From the NCBI RefSeq assembly GCF_006345805.1, contig NW_021827970.1, positions 1-9,367 of the forward strand: DNA of 9,367 nt, in the 5' to 3' direction. The notes below the pieces were generated by a model that searched no databases, was not told the origin of the DNA, and saw only the letters and a program-made list of their open reading frames with translations. How positions within the stretch are numbered: position 1 is the first letter of the stretch; each line of letters begins with the position of its first letter. The translations under genes were made by a program, and so were the position numbers. Positions 7,151 through 9,367 of this stretch are shown one piece after another. Origin of the DNA: Octopus sinensis. Its lineage: Eukaryota.

Positions 7151-8157
7151 GAGACCCCATTCAGTCACAAATTACCATGGGATTGCACCTAGAAAGTTCC
7201 CTTCTGGGGCACAAGTCCGGGCAAGGTTGTCTATGGAAGACCAGCAGTTGCCCATGCATGCCAGCCACCCCTCTCCACGCCACCCCACCAGTGTTATCCA
7301 AGGGAAAGGCGAAGGCCGATACAGCTTAGGCGGCGAGGTGGCAGAAGCGTTAGCACGCCGGGCGAAATGCTTAGCGGTATTTCGTCTGCGTTACGTTGTG
7401 AGTTCAAATTCCGCCGAGGTCGACTTTGCCTTTCATCCTTTCGAGGTCGATAAATTAAGTACCAGTTGCGCACTGGGGTCGATGTAATCGACTTGATACC
7501 TATGTCTGTCCTTGTTTGTCCCCTCTGTGTGTAGCCCCTTGTGGGCAGTAAAAAAATAAGAAACGTTAGCACGCCGGGCGAAATGCTTTGCAGTATTACG
7601 TCTGCCGCTACGTTCCGAGTTCAAGTTCCGCCGAGGTCGACTTTGCCTTTCGTCTTTTCGGATAAATTAAGTACCAGTTACGCACTGGAGTCCATATAAT
7701 CGACTTAATCCGTTCGTCTGTCCTTGTTTGTCCCCTCTGTGTGTAGCCCCTTGTGGGCAGTAAAGAAATAAGAAACGTTAGCGCGCCGGGCGAAATGCGT
7801 AGCCGTATTCGTCTGCCGCTACGTTCTGAGTTCAAATTAAGCCGAGGTCGACTTTGCCTTTCATCCTTTCGGATGTCGATAAAATAAAGTACCAGTTACG
7901 CACTGGGGTCCATATAATCGACTTAATCCGTTTGTCTGTCCTTGTTTGTCTTCTCTGTGTTTAGCCCCTTGTGGGCAGTAAAGAAATAACAGCATAGCAC
8001 CAACAATGCCACAACTCATTTCTACAGCTGAGTGAACTGAAGCAACGTGAAAATAAAGTGTCTTACTCAAGTGCACAACACACAACCTGATCCAGGAATC
8101 GAACTCACAACCTCATGATTGTGAATCCGACGCTCTAACCACTGAGCCATGCGCCTA
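7151..8157 (-). mobile_element. tRNA-derived SINE split by a nested insertion (head about 7989-8157, 3' part about 7151-7329)
   Basis: Head AGGCGCATGGCTCAGTGGTTAGAGCG (A box) ... GAGTTCGATTCC (B box). The two parts flank the nested insert with the 8/9 direct repeat ACAGCTTAG (7321-7329) / ACAGCATAG (7989-7997). The 3' boundary is approximate. Confidence 0.75.
7330..7988 (+). mobile_element. Head-to-tail trimer of a tRNA-derived SINE with a Deu/Nin-like core
   Basis: Units at about 7330-7560, 7561-7772 and 7773-7988. Each has a B box (GAGTTCAAATTCC or variant), a core like GTCGACTTTGCCTTTCATCCTTTCG..GTCGATAAA..AGTACCAG and the tail GTGGGCAGTAAA(G/A)AAATAA. The Deu/Nin assignment is from recalled similarity only. 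Confidence 0.85.
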
Positions 8158-8413
8158 AATGTAAATATACGTATATGCTTTTATTACGGTCTGGTTGCTT
8201 TGCTTAACTGCTTTTAATGTTTTTTTTTATCTGATACATAATATTATCGCATGTAACTGTACTCTTTGTGAATGAGCATGCGCAAGTACGTGCGTTCCTC
8301 TGTGTGTGGGGGGGGGAGGGGGGTGTTTAATGTCTGTTGACATGACAATACAAGATCGCGAAACGCTATCGTGTCCAAACAGGCAAACAATAAACGTTTT
8401 ACTGGTGTTCCTT

Positions 8414-8843
8414 GTGTGTGTCTGTGTGTGTGTGTGTGTGTCTGTCTATCTGTGTACATGTATGTGTGTGTATGTATGTATGTATGTATATGTATGTATG
8501 TATGTATGTATGTTTGTATGTATGTATGTATGTATATGTTGTATGTATGTATGTATGTATATGTATGTATTATGTATGTATGTATGTTGTATGTATATGT
8601 ATGTATGTATGTTGTATGTATGTATGTATGTATGTATGCATGCCATGTGTGTATGTATGTATGTTTGTATGTATGTATGTATGTATAGTGTTTGTATGTA
8701 TGTATGTATGTATATGTAGTATTATGTAGTATGTATGTATGTATTATGTATGTATGTATGTATGTATGTATGTATGTATGTATTATGTATGTATGTATGT
8801 ATGTATGTATGTATGTAGTATGCATGCATGCATGTATGTATAA

Positions 8844-8874
<31 letters not shown>

Positions 8875-9219
8875 TGTATGTATGTGTGTATGTATGTATG
8901 TATATATATATATATGTATGTATGTATGTATGTGTGTGTATTATGTATGTTATATATATATGTATGTATGTATTATGTATGTATGTATGTGTGTGTGTGT
9001 ATGTGTGTGTATGCATGTATGTATGTGTGTATGTATGTATGTATGTATGTATGTATGTATGTATGTATGCATGCATGTGTGTGTGTATGTATGTATGTAT
9101 GTATGTATGTATGTATGTATATGGAATGTATGTATGTATGCATTATGTGTGTGTGTATGTATGTATGTATGTATGTATGTATGTATGTATGTATGTATGT
9201 ATTATGTGTGTGTGTGTGT
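8414..9219. repeat. Long degenerate (TG)n/(TATG)n microsatellite
   Basis: About 800 bp of TATG/TGTG/CATG units. Confidence 0.98.
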
Positions 9220-9367
9220 TTTCCATGTGTATTACCACGACTGCATCGAATAACTGACCGCAGCATGACATCAAGTGTAAATAGCAACCGTTTACAGACG
9301 TAGGCGCATATTTGTGTGTGAGTGACTGTTTGCATATTTCTTGCGAAATGGTTTGTGAAGAAGCGTT

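Noticed and set aside
7330-7988. Regularly spaced repeats as a possible CRISPR array
   Set aside because: The ~212-bp units repeat in full with no unique spacers, the context is eukaryotic and there are no cas genes.
8085-8157. tRNA-like sequence with A and B boxes
   Set aside because: It lacks a proper acceptor stem and runs into SINE body sequence, so it is a SINE head rather than a tRNA gene.
8244-9335. Long MYVC/HTYI-repeat ORFs here and at 1510-1854, 3025-3410, 5317-5718 and 6018-6712
   Set aside because: These are translations of (TATG)n/(CATA)n, which has no stop codons in any frame. They are not genes.

Overview
Repeat-dense, AT-rich animal genomic DNA, intronic or intergenic. The very long (TATG)n/(TA)n/(CA)n microsatellites and tRNA-derived SINEs suggest a cephalopod such as Octopus (inference). 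No host gene is recognisable, and nearly all supplied ORFs are microsatellite translations. The only real coding remnant is a decayed RTE-clade LINE (3316-5140, 14-bp candidate TSD). It joins a putative 5' UTR directly to the C-terminal RT half and has two frameshifts, a nonsense codon and YADD->YAYD. Also present are a 378-bp almost fully palindromic TTAA-flanked MITE and several SINEs, including a head-to-tail trimer nested in another SINE. Three hammerhead-ribozyme-like motifs lie on the minus strand in probable Penelope-like repeat remnants. The most striking (54-114) has all three hammerhead helices but its strands run in reversed, non-circularly permuted order. None of the three has a fully canonical catalytic core in this copy.
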